Virus record (IMG/VR): IMGVR_UViG_3300020577_009322
Coordinates: 91,464 to 155,463 of that record
Strand: one strand, 5' to 3'
DNA length: 64,000 nt
From: a virus
Taxonomy: Duplodnaviria; Caudoviricetes
Part shown: in pieces, positions 55,902-64,000 of the stretch
Layout of the letters: every line of letters starts with the position of its first letter
Position numbering within the stretch: position 1 is the first letter of the stretch
Program-made: the position numbers and the translations under genes
The notes under the pieces: model-generated
Databases searched by the model: none
The model's input: the letters and a program-made list of their open reading frames with translations, nothing else
Told to the model about the DNA's origin: nothing

Positions 55902-56104
55902 TGAATATCCAGTTGCCAACCGGAAATACTATATCTGTATCTGCTTATGAATATTACTTTATCCTAAAAGAAGATGAGGTGGATCTATTTTATCAATCCT
56001 GTATAGCAGATGATCTAGGAACTTATATTGATAACCCCTTCTCCAATAAAAGCTACTCCTCAAAGTTAGAAGTAGATGAAGAAGACATAAAAGACATATT
56101 ATAA
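55901..56104 (+). CDS. Small acidic hypothetical protein
   Basis: 67 aa, TAATG-coupled on both sides. Confidence 0.65.
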   Translation: MNIQLPTGNTISVSAYEYYFILKEDEVDLFYQSCIADDLGTYIDNPFSNKSYSSKLEVDEEDIKDIL

Positions 56105-56874
56105 TGAGCACACTATGCCAAAATTGTGATGAACAATTACAAGTATTACTAAAATGCATTCCTAAAAAATGGAGAGATCAGATAGTATATAGTATCTGTC
56201 AGTTAAATAATACCCCCCCTAATCATTGTGAAATAGATGTAGCTGCTTGGTTATGTCAATTACCTTCACAGTGGAAAAAGGAGATGATTGCAGCTATTTG
56301 TACAGGCTTTACTTTGTCAGCATGTACTACAGATTGCGCACGTTGTAGAAGGGTATATAGTACATATTTATTATCTTTTCCTGAAGATTGGAGAGATCTA
56401 ATAATTACAGCTATATGTAATATTATAGATTGTAAAGGATGTCCAACTCCTGTTAATTGTGTTACATACGTAATAACACCTTCTATTTTAATTAATGAAG
56501 ATCATCCATTTACTTATAGAGACTGTGAAGGAGTTCTTCAGAGTGGAATAATCTCTACATCTGATCCACTAACTATATGTGCTGATGAAGGATCTGTGGA
56601 AATAGACAATATATTTATTGTTACTCAGATAGATGATAATTGTAATATAACTACAGATAAATGTTATTGCTTTACTATAACTAATATAGAAGTAAGTTAT
56701 GGATTAGTTGCTTATAGATTTTCATATGAGGATTGTAATGGTGGAATATTTACTACCCAGACCCAATTAACTGATCCGGGATCATCTACAGTTATATGTG
56801 CTCGCCCATCAAGTATTGATTGTAATTTTGCCTTCTCTTTAGTTAGTAATGGAGAATGTCAAGATACTTGTTAA
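56104..56874 (+). CDS. Cys-rich structural protein with internal repeats
   Basis: Three PxxW(R/K)xx(I/M)..IC repeats and two YxDCxG...ICA modules. Confidence 0.65.
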   Translation: MSTLCQNCDEQLQVLLKCIPKKWRDQIVYSICQLNNTPPNHCEIDVAAWLCQLPSQWKKEMIAAICTGFTLSACTTDCARCRRVYSTYLLSFPEDWRDLIITAICNIIDCKGCPTPVNCVTYVITPSILINEDHPFTYRDCEGVLQSGIISTSDPLTICADEGSVEIDNIFIVTQIDDNCNITTDKCYCFTITNIEVSYGLVAYRFSYEDCNGGIFTTQTQLTDPGSSTVICARPSSIDCNFAFSLVSNGECQDTC

Positions 56875-56964
56875 AAATAACTTACAATATTATTTTTATA
56901 TTAGCTAATTTTTGACTATATTACTATTGCGAACAGGCTATAAAAAGCGTTAAATTTTTAAGAA

Positions 56965-57501
56965 ATGGCACAAAGTCAACAAGAATTGCTATCAGAGATA
57001 GCAAAGAAACTACGTATCTTAGAGTGTATTTGTAAAAATACAGCTTCTTCAGGTGGGGCAATAGTAAAAGATTATCAACCTTTAGATTGTAATGGGGATC
57101 CTGTTGGAACCCCTTTAGACGTTATGGCTACTATCTCTGTAGCCATACAAGATGTTTCAGTATGTAACTATCAACAATTAGCAGATGCTATAAATTTAGG
57201 TCAAACAAATCCCTACAATGTCCCTTTTATGACAATAGTAGGAGAATCTTCTGAGTTTAATTTAATAGTAGATGGTGGTTTAGATGTAACAAAACTACAT
57301 TCTGTATCATTTAGTGTATTGGGTACTACAGGTACTGTAGATATTAGTGGAGATTTGGGTGCCGGTAATCAAAATGGAACATTAATTCCAGTAGGTGCAT
57401 CTTCTGGATGGACAGCTACCACTACATTTGGTAGTGGTACTCTTAATTTTACTACTACAGCAAATGCTCGTGTTTTAATAACAGCAACATTATCAGCATA
57501 A
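56965..57501 (+). CDS. Putative tail/fibre protein
   Basis: 178 aa, beta-rich C-terminus. Confidence 0.55.
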   Translation: MAQSQQELLSEIAKKLRILECICKNTASSGGAIVKDYQPLDCNGDPVGTPLDVMATISVAIQDVSVCNYQQLADAINLGQTNPYNVPFMTIVGESSEFNLIVDGGLDVTKLHSVSFSVLGTTGTVDISGDLGAGNQNGTLIPVGASSGWTATTTFGSGTLNFTTTANARVLITATLSA

Positions 57502-57502
57502 T

Positions 57503-57862
57503 ATGGAAGCAACACACAGTCAATATACTCCCCCACAATCTTCATTATTACTTAGTGAACCTGAATATTCTTTAAGTGATGCAGAAAGATATACTTTAAG
57601 TAATAAATATTGTTATATTTTTTTATGCGTAAACCCTAATATAGCAGAAGTTAGACTTCCCGATTCAAGTTTAAATAATGGAGTTAGTTATTGTATTAAA
57701 ATAAGTTCTAACTCTACAGGAAATATTACTTTAAAAGCAGTTGGTGTAGGACAAATTGAAGGTGAAAACGGAATATATCAAAATGCTCATACACTTCTTG
57801 CTACCCGTAGATATATTTTCTTATCAGATGGAAGTAATTGGAGATTAATATCATTTAACTAA
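57503..57862 (+). CDS. Putative tail accessory protein
   Basis: LP...G...IK...SDGSNW fibre C-terminal motif. Confidence 0.55.
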   Translation: MEATHSQYTPPQSSLLLSEPEYSLSDAERYTLSNKYCYIFLCVNPNIAEVRLPDSSLNNGVSYCIKISSNSTGNITLKAVGVGQIEGENGIYQNAHTLLATRRYIFLSDGSNWRLISFN

Positions 57863-57872
57863 ATAAAAATTA

Positions 57873-58481
57873 ATGAAATACATAAAATATTTAACACTTA
57901 TATTATCTTTATTATTTATAAGTTGTACGAAAATTTCAACAGATAGTCCAGAAACGATAAAAATTTCTGAAAATTCTTTTCAATCTACAAGTAATTTTGT
58001 TGACCAAAGGATGTATTTGGATTTATATCGTTCTATAGACTCAGGGAAAAACTTTTATCTGGTAAGTAGTGTATTATTACGCTATCAAAATGGTTGGTGT
58101 ACTTGTGTTATTCCTAATACAGAAGATATAATAGCAATAAGTAGTGGTATAAATAGTTATAGAGAAGGATATCATATCATATCTGAAAGAAGACCTGTTA
58201 TAGGTTCTTCTGATACAACATTTTTATGGATAGACGGTCTTGGTAATTGGGGAACATATCCCACAGTTCAGTTTAGATTAGTATCAACCACTTATAATTG
58301 GGAATATCCACAAGTTAGTGCCATGCTTTGGGATAGCTATACAAACACAGCTAATACTAATTTTGGATTACCGGGTGGAGCTATAGCAACAATTTATGTA
58401 ACTTCTGACCCTAGAACTTTTGACCCACAAAGATTTCAAATTAGATTTTATAGAATAGGAATAGGAAGTGGAACATTTTAA
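57873..58481 (+). CDS. Lipoprotein
   Basis: MKYIKYLTLILSLLFIS-C signal peptide II / lipobox. Confidence 0.7.
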   Translation: MKYIKYLTLILSLLFISCTKISTDSPETIKISENSFQSTSNFVDQRMYLDLYRSIDSGKNFYLVSSVLLRYQNGWCTCVIPNTEDIIAISSGINSYREGYHIISERRPVIGSSDTTFLWIDGLGNWGTYPTVQFRLVSTTYNWEYPQVSAMLWDSYTNTANTNFGLPGGAIATIYVTSDPRTFDPQRFQIRFYRIGIGSGTF

Positions 58482-58484
58482 ATT

Positions 58485-58727
58485 ATGTCACAAGAACTAT
58501 CTAACGAATTAAAAAATTACTTAATATGCTGCGATTGTGTTTGGTATACACTTCATGGTCCAGATGATATTGGGGATTGGAGATTTTATTATCAAAAATG
58601 TAATGGGGAAATGAGCGAGTCTATACCATTAAGTCCTCTAGAGTGCATGAGTGTTCTGGCCAGAAGGAATCAGATTTTTGATGAGAGTAACGGATTTATT
58701 ACATTTCAAGAAGGAAAATTTTGTTAA
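58485..58727 (+). CDS. Small Cys-rich tail module protein A1
   Basis: Close paralogue of 60631..60870. Confidence 0.7.
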   Translation: MSQELSNELKNYLICCDCVWYTLHGPDDIGDWRFYYQKCNGEMSESIPLSPLECMSVLARRNQIFDESNGFITFQEGKFC

Positions 58728-58731
58728 AATC

Positions 58732-58869
58732 ATGCCACAAGAATTATCACAAGAACTAATAGACTATTTAGATAGTAAGTGTTGTATACCCCCTGAAACT
58801 TTTTATATACTAACAGAATTAGGTGAACCCCTAATGACTGAATTAGACGAACATTTAATAACAGAATAA
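58732..58869 (+). CDS. 45-aa tail module protein B1
   Basis: ATG 58732; YILTELGEPLMTE motif. Confidence 0.65.
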   Translation: MPQELSQELIDYLDSKCCIPPETFYILTELGEPLMTELDEHLITE

Positions 58870-58870
58870 T

Positions 58871-60628
58871 ATGGCAAATAAAAAAATATCTGCTTTACCA
58901 GTAGCTTCCCCATTAACAGGTATTGAATTAATACCTATTGTTCAAAGTGGTATTACCAAATATTGTACATCTGATGACTTAGGTACGGTTAATAGTTGGA
59001 AATTAAATGGAAATAGTGGCACATCTGCAGGAGTTAATTTTATTGGTACTGTTGATGATGTTGATTTAGTTTTTAGAAGAAATAATATTCAAAATGGAGT
59101 ATTAGGGGTTGAAAATATAGGTTTTGGACGTTTAGCACTATTTAATCGAACTTCAGGAACAAGTAACAGTGCTTTTGGAAATGATGCTTTGGTTGCGTTA
59201 ACTACAGGAAACTATAATGTTTCTATGGGAAATGCAACTCTTAATTTTTTATCTACTGGAGACTACAATACGGCAATTGGATATGGAGCATTAAATCTAA
59301 CAAATGCAGCTTCTAGTAATACAGCAATAGGATATGGTGCACTTGGAATATTAAGTGGAACTAATAATAATTTAGCAATTGGATTCAAATCAGGAGCATA
59401 TAATTTATCTGATTCAAATAGAATTTTTATTAATTCTATAGATAGAATTACATATACTGGAGATAAGACCGCCTCTCCTATATACATAGAACAAAATAGT
59501 ACAGTAGCTAGTCAAAAAATATTTTTGAATGGTTCTGTATCTAATTTAAGTGGAACTACTCGTAATATTACTACATCTACAGCAGGGAGTATTATTAATG
59601 GTGAAACTCAGAGCACATCCACAATCACTACATCAGCAATAGGTACATTAATAAGTGGACAAATTACTGGTTTAGGTGGAGCATTTTTAGCAAGTGGAAT
59701 AGGTTCTACAATATTAGCAAATGGTGCTCTTAGTGGTACAACAAACACTGCTGCTTTTTGTACAACTTCTGGAAATGGTAGTGCTATAATTGGAAGTAAT
59801 TCGGGAAGCATTATGACAGCTTCTGGTCAAGGTTCTATTATACTTGGAGTTGGTTCTCGTAATTCTACAATGACTGCAACTAATGTTGGTTCTAGTGTTA
59901 TAGGTTATGCAACTGCTACAAATGCATTATCTGGCTCTGGTGTAATGACTTCTTCTGGATTAGGTTCTATGGCAAGAGGTTCTTCTCAAGATACGGGGGT
60001 AATTTTAGCTTCTGGACAAGGTAGTTTTGCTTCTGGCCGAGCCTCTGGACCAAACGTAGGTACTTCTAATTTAACGGCCACAGCCCAAGGTTCTCATACT
60101 TTTGGTAATGCTGAACTTGGTGGGGACATTATAAATGCTGGTGCTGGTAGTTTAGTAAGCGGTCAGGCTGAAAATGATGCTACTTTATCAATTACAGGTA
60201 ATCATGGTAGTTTTGTAATGGGTTGGTCAACAGGGGGTGGTACTATAACAAACAGTGCAAATGCATCATTTGTTGGTGGTTATTCTTCAGCAGATACTCT
60301 TTCAAATAGTGGAGATAATTCTTTCTTGTGGGGTAAAGGGTTTACTAATAGTACAGCTAGTATGTTTAAAGTAGGCTGGGGTGCTGCAACATTTACAGTT
60401 AGTGGAACAAATTCTAATGTTGGGATAGGCAATCCTACACCTGATGCATCCTCAATATTAGATTTGACATCTACTACAAAAGGTCTTCTTTTACCAAGAA
60501 TGACAAAAGTTCAAAGAAATGCTATTTCATCACCCCCACAAGGATTACTCGTTTTTGTAAACGATAATGGCGGGTACCTATCTTGGTATAACTCTGGATG
60601 GCAGAAAATAACAAGCTCAGCTGATTAA
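58871..60628 (+). CDS. Tail fibre/spike protein (YadA-head-like beta-roll repeats)
   Basis: KKISALP..SPLTG.ELIPIVQ anchor; NTAIGYGAL repeats; STTKGLLLPRMT. Confidence 0.8.
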   Translation: MANKKISALPVASPLTGIELIPIVQSGITKYCTSDDLGTVNSWKLNGNSGTSAGVNFIGTVDDVDLVFRRNNIQNGVLGVENIGFGRLALFNRTSGTSNSAFGNDALVALTTGNYNVSMGNATLNFLSTGDYNTAIGYGALNLTNAASSNTAIGYGALGILSGTNNNLAIGFKSGAYNLSDSNRIFINSIDRITYTGDKTASPIYIEQNSTVASQKIFLNGSVSNLSGTTRNITTSTAGSIINGETQSTSTITTSAIGTLISGQITGLGGAFLASGIGSTILANGALSGTTNTAAFCTTSGNGSAIIGSNSGSIMTASGQGSIILGVGSRNSTMTATNVGSSVIGYATATNALSGSGVMTSSGLGSMARGSSQDTGVILASGQGSFASGRASGPNVGTSNLTATAQGSHTFGNAELGGDIINAGAGSLVSGQAENDATLSITGNHGSFVMGWSTGGGTITNSANASFVGGYSSADTLSNSGDNSFLWGKGFTNSTASMFKVGWGAATFTVSGTNSNVGIGNPTPDASSILDLTSTTKGLLLPRMTKVQRNAISSPPQGLLVFVNDNGGYLSWYNSGWQKITSSAD

Positions 60629-60630
60629 TT

Positions 60631-60870
60631 ATGTCAATACTATCTAATGAATTAAAAAGTTATTTAATATGTTGTGATTGTATATGGTATACAGTTTACG
60701 GTCCAGATGATATTGGAGATTGGAGATTTCAATATCAAAAGTGTAATGGAAAAATGAGTGGACATATTACATTAGCTCCTCTGCAATGTATGACTGTTAT
60801 GGCTAGAAGAGACCAGATTTTTGATGAGAGTAATGGATTTATTACTATCCAAGAAGGAAAATTTTGTTAA
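60631..60870 (+). CDS. Small Cys-rich tail module protein A2
   Basis: Paralogue of 58485..58727. Confidence 0.7.
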   Translation: MSILSNELKSYLICCDCIWYTVYGPDDIGDWRFQYQKCNGKMSGHITLAPLQCMTVMARRDQIFDESNGFITIQEGKFC

Positions 60871-60874
60871 AATT

Positions 60875-61012
60875 ATGTCACAAGAATTACCTGTTGCTTT
60901 AAAGAATTATATAAATAAAAGGTGTTGTTTTCCACCCTTACCTCCGCCATATTTACTAATAAATCCTTTTAAATATATCTTAATTAATTCATCTTATAGA
61001 CTTTTATTATAA
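60875..61012 (+). CDS. 45-aa tail module protein B2
   Basis: ATG 60875; same length and N-terminal motif as B1. Confidence 0.6.
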   Translation: MSQELPVALKNYINKRCCFPPLPPPYLLINPFKYILINSSYRLLL

Positions 61013-61380
61013 TGGCATACACATCTGATAAACAAATTTACGAACTTAATTCTGCAGCTCCTTTAACTGGAAGTGAATTAGTTCCTATTGCCTCTAACGG
61101 ACAAGAAGCAAAAATGACAACAACACAAGCAATAGCTGACTTGGCTACAAATAATACATATGTAGCAACAAAATTTCATACTGTTTCTGATTTATCGGCT
61201 TCTGGAACAACCATTACTCATAATCTGAATTTAGTAGATTATGATTCTTTTTTAATTCAAGTATTAACTTCTAACGATAGTCAAATATCAGTTGGTCTAT
61301 CAGAATTTAGTGCAAATTCTGTTAAAATAACTTCCCCTGGTGCATCCAGGTCTGGTTGTAAAATAACTATTATTGGGTAA
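61012..61380 (+). CDS. Short tail fibre protein
   Basis: KQIYEL..APLTGSELVPI anchor; TITHNL. Confidence 0.65.
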   Translation: MAYTSDKQIYELNSAAPLTGSELVPIASNGQEAKMTTTQAIADLATNNTYVATKFHTVSDLSASGTTITHNLNLVDYDSFLIQVLTSNDSQISVGLSEFSANSVKITSPGASRSGCKITIIG

Positions 61381-61384
61381 TTTA

Positions 61385-62023
61385 ATGAATAAGATAATAG
61401 ATAATTATATTTTTAATAGCAAAAAAAAAACTATTACCTTAACCGATTATCAATTAGTTAAGTTAGCTAGAATAGTATCTATTAAAAATGTAACGAAAAA
61501 TCTAATAATTTATGAGGTAGGTAAAAATATTCTATCAATATCAGGAAATGTAATAAATATCTCTTCTACAGATAAGATGGAAAGTTCTGATGAATTACAA
61601 ATTATCTATTATGATGATCCCTCTAATCAAGATATAGTTATTCATAATAATATTAGCACAGGTGGTGGATCTACTGTACGAAGAAGTTTTACTGCAGGTG
61701 CTATAATTAATGGAGGAAAGGCAGTATGGGTTGATACAGATGGATTATTATATCCATTTAATATAACAACCACATCTCAGTTTGGTAGATGTATTGGAAT
61801 AGCGGAATCTTCAACAGTAATAGGAGATTCTTGTTCAGTAGTATTATCAGGGGAATCAAATTTAGTAGGAAGTGGTTGGGTAGCTGGAGAACTTTACTAT
61901 ATATCTTCTACAGGATTTTTATCAACAACTCCCCCTACAAGTGGATGGTGTCAGGTAGTAGGGGCGGGTATAGATAATGAAAAAATATGTGTTAGCTTAC
62001 AATTGGGATTACAAATAATATAA
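61385..62023 (+). CDS. Putative tail/decoration protein
   Basis: IGIA...G..YYISSTG..STTPP motif; ATG 61385. Confidence 0.6.
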   Translation: MNKIIDNYIFNSKKKTITLTDYQLVKLARIVSIKNVTKNLIIYEVGKNILSISGNVINISSTDKMESSDELQIIYYDDPSNQDIVIHNNISTGGGSTVRRSFTAGAIINGGKAVWVDTDGLLYPFNITTTSQFGRCIGIAESSTVIGDSCSVVLSGESNLVGSGWVAGELYYISSTGFLSTTPPTSGWCQVVGAGIDNEKICVSLQLGLQII

Positions 62024-62033
62024 ATATAAAGAC

Positions 62034-62549
62034 ATGGCAGGAAATAAATACATTGCTAACTCTTCAGGGAAATTAAAAGAAGTAGTAGCAATTCAATCTT
62101 CAACAGGTGTAAGTGATGCAGGAAAAATACCAGCTCTAGATAGCTCTGGTTTATTTGATATATCATTAATGCCAGCAGGTGTGGGTGCAGAAATTGTAGT
62201 AGCTGCATCATCTGAAAATTTAACAGCTGGAGATTTTGTTAACTTGTATAATAATACAGGAACTATTAATGTACGAAAAGCAGATGCTTCAAATAATACG
62301 AAACCAGCTGATGGCTTTGTATTAGTAAATGTTACATCACCAGCAAATGCTACAGTATACCTTATTTCTGCTAAAAATACAGCGGTTTCAGGCTTAACTG
62401 TAGGAGCAGATTATTGGTTATCAACTACCCCCGGTGCTATAACGGCTACAGCTCCTTCTAGTACTGGAAATATTGTCCAAAGACTTGGAAAAGCTAAGTC
62501 TGCTACAGAATTTGTATTTGAAAATCAAGACTATTACGAATTAGCATAA
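62034..62549 (+). CDS. Putative tail/decoration protein
   Basis: ASSENL.AGD.V...KADA...GL..G..Y.LS..PG...QRLG motif. Confidence 0.65.
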   Translation: MAGNKYIANSSGKLKEVVAIQSSTGVSDAGKIPALDSSGLFDISLMPAGVGAEIVVAASSENLTAGDFVNLYNNTGTINVRKADASNNTKPADGFVLVNVTSPANATVYLISAKNTAVSGLTVGADYWLSTTPGAITATAPSSTGNIVQRLGKAKSATEFVFENQDYYELA

Positions 62550-62893
62550 TGGCAATTAAAAAACCTTTAGTAAATTATGGTGGAAGAATAAAAGAACTTA
62601 CCTCTGGAGATTCTATCTCTGGTGCATCTTCTAATATTACTGAAGTGGAAATTGATTTTGGTTCTATCCCCACTACAAGTAAGAAGTTTACTATAACTGA
62701 TGCTGGAGTAACTATCTCAAACAAAGTTTTAGTTTATGAGTCTGGAAATCCAGCAACAAATCGAGGTTCAGATGACTATCTTTGGGATAGTATTTCCTTT
62801 GCTGCTAGTGCAGGTACAGGCAGTTTTACATTGTATGCTAAAGCATCGGGTAGAATTAAAGGAAAAAGAAATATTTTGTATACAATAAATTAA
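62549..62893 (+). CDS. Putative tail protein
   Basis: 114 aa beta-rich ORF, TAATG-coupled. Confidence 0.6.
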   Translation: MAIKKPLVNYGGRIKELTSGDSISGASSNITEVEIDFGSIPTTSKKFTITDAGVTISNKVLVYESGNPATNRGSDDYLWDSISFAASAGTGSFTLYAKASGRIKGKRNILYTIN

Positions 62894-62897
62894 TAAC

Positions 62898-64000
62898 ATG
62901 GCAGCAATAGAAACGGGTTCATCACAAGCAGGTGTAGCCAATGTGGATAGTAATTATAATTTACAAGTAAATTTACCAACAACAGGATCTCAGGCAGGTT
63001 TTGCTAGACAGACCTATGTTCCAGCAACGGGAATAAATAAAGATATGCAGATAACTGAAGATGGTGCTGGCATGGTAGCTGCTATTGTTCCTATTTGGGA
63101 AATATCTTTTAATGGAACAGGTTCTACAACATGGGCACCTAAATTAGGAACTGTTGCTACAACTATGACCAAAGCTGTTACAAACGGTTTTATGCAGTTG
63201 AACTCTGGTTCTTCTGTTACAACTACACAAGGTATAGCAATCTATAGTAACTTAGTATTTAACTTATTTCAAAATAATGAGTTACGTATTAAAATGAATA
63301 TTAAGCCAAATAACCAAGCTGGTACTAATAAACAGATGGAATGGGGAATGGGCTATTATAACTTTGCTTCTGGACAAGCCAATGCCATGAATGAGTTTAT
63401 TGGATTCAGAGTTACTGCAGGTGGTGTATTACATGGTGTATTAGCATATTCTACTGGTGGTGCTCCAACTGAAACTAACGTAAATATCAATGGTGGTACC
63501 CCTTTTACAGATAATCAATCAAAAGAGTATGAATTAAGAATTTCAAATAGAAAAGTAGAGTATTGGGCAGCTGGTATTTATCAGAACAAAATAGATATTG
63601 CTACTGATGTATATGGATTATTAAAGGCTATTGCATATCCATTTATAGCCAGAGTATTTAACTCTGGCACGGCTTCAGCAGCACCTATATTATATGTTGG
63701 TTCTGTTCAAGTATCAAGAGTAGGTGATGATGGTATTATTGATTTACCTACTTCTAAATCCAGGATGGATAAAGCAAGCCATTATTTTCAACCAGATTTA
63801 CTTACAGGTGCTGGTACTAACCCATTCAACTTTCCAGCTTCTGGTTCTGCTCCTACAGCAGCCACAGGTTCAAATACTGCTTCTGTATTAAATAATGCTG
63901 CCCAATTAGGTGGCTTTTATTCGATGAATGCTGCTTCATTTTTAACAACAAACAACTCAAATATACTTGTTTCTGCATACTTAAATCCAGCAATTCCTCA
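62898..64000 (+). CDS. Tail-associated protein, 3'-truncated
   Basis: ATG 62898 (MAAIETGSSQAGVANVD...); frame appears open to window end; lectin-like beta-rich content. Confidence 0.6.
   Translation, partial: MAAIETGSSQAGVANVDSNYNLQVNLPTTGSQAGFARQTYVPATGINKDMQITEDGAGMVAAIVPIWEISFNGTGSTTWAPKLGTVATTMTKAVTNGFMQLNSGSSVTTTQGIAIYSNLVFNLFQNNELRIKMNIKPNNQAGTNKQMEWGMGYYNFASGQANAMNEFIGFRVTAGGVLHGVLAYSTGGAPTETNVNINGGTPFTDNQSKEYELRISNRKVEYWAAGIYQNKIDIATDVYGLLKAIAYPFIARVFNSGTASAAPILYVGSVQVSRVGDDGIIDLPTSKSRMDKASHYFQPDLLTGAGTNPFNFPASGSAPTAATGSNTASVLNNAAQLGGFYSMNAASFLTTNNSNILVSAYLNPAIP

Noticed and set aside
3914-56922. Shared ATTTTT-n(2-4)-TATATT motif upstream of late genes (3914, 14499, 56908) as a phage late promoter
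   Set aside because: Only three loose copies in very AT-rich DNA; cannot be distinguished from chance without motif statistics.
2914-59811. Short antisense or alternate-frame ORFs inside large genes (e.g. 2914, 4240, 17385, 18297, 25361, 30492, 46148, 55343, 59263)
   Set aside because: Fully nested in well-supported + strand genes, with no recognisable motifs or initiation signals.
58485-60877. Diversity-generating retroelement TR/VR pair, or a CRISPR array anywhere in the window
   Set aside because: Differences between the duplicated copies are not adenine-specific, there is no reverse transcriptase in the window, and no regularly spaced repeat-spacer array was seen.
1-64000. Stop-codon reassignment as in some crAss-like phages
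   Set aside because: Genes are full-length and densely packed under the standard code, and there is no CTA, TTA or TCA suppressor anticodon among the 25 tRNAs.

Overview
AT-rich, essentially single-strand (+) 64-kb segment of a crAss-like (Crassvirales-type) phage of a Bacteroidota host (TTTG...TAnnTTTG promoters; standard genetic code). In order: head/structural genes (1-8171); a 25-tRNA cluster covering all 20 amino acids (8513-13183); exonuclease, IHF-like, ring/tail-tube, ClpP-like and muzzle genes; ferritin and lytic transglycosylase; giant virion cargo proteins including the virion RNA polymerase (DFDVD at 46791-46805); tail-fibre genes to the end. Two apparently undescribed systems stand out. 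(1) The tRNA cluster is split into three blocks, each preceded by an unannotated 22-28 codon leader ORF whose codons match the amino acids of the tRNAs in that block, followed by an intrinsic terminator whose 5' arm can alternatively pair with the 3' part of the leader. This looks like ribosome-mediated attenuation that switches phage tRNA genes on when the cognate host tRNAs run out. (2) Two GIY-YIG homing endonuclease genes split the giant cargo/RNAP gene without any intron or intein; each junction has a C-terminal '...xC(P/S)-stop' tag and an N-terminal 'M(G/A)C...' tag, and both lie inside a 4.9-kb insert flanked by 41-bp direct repeats. All structure calls were made by eye; no searches or folding programs were run.
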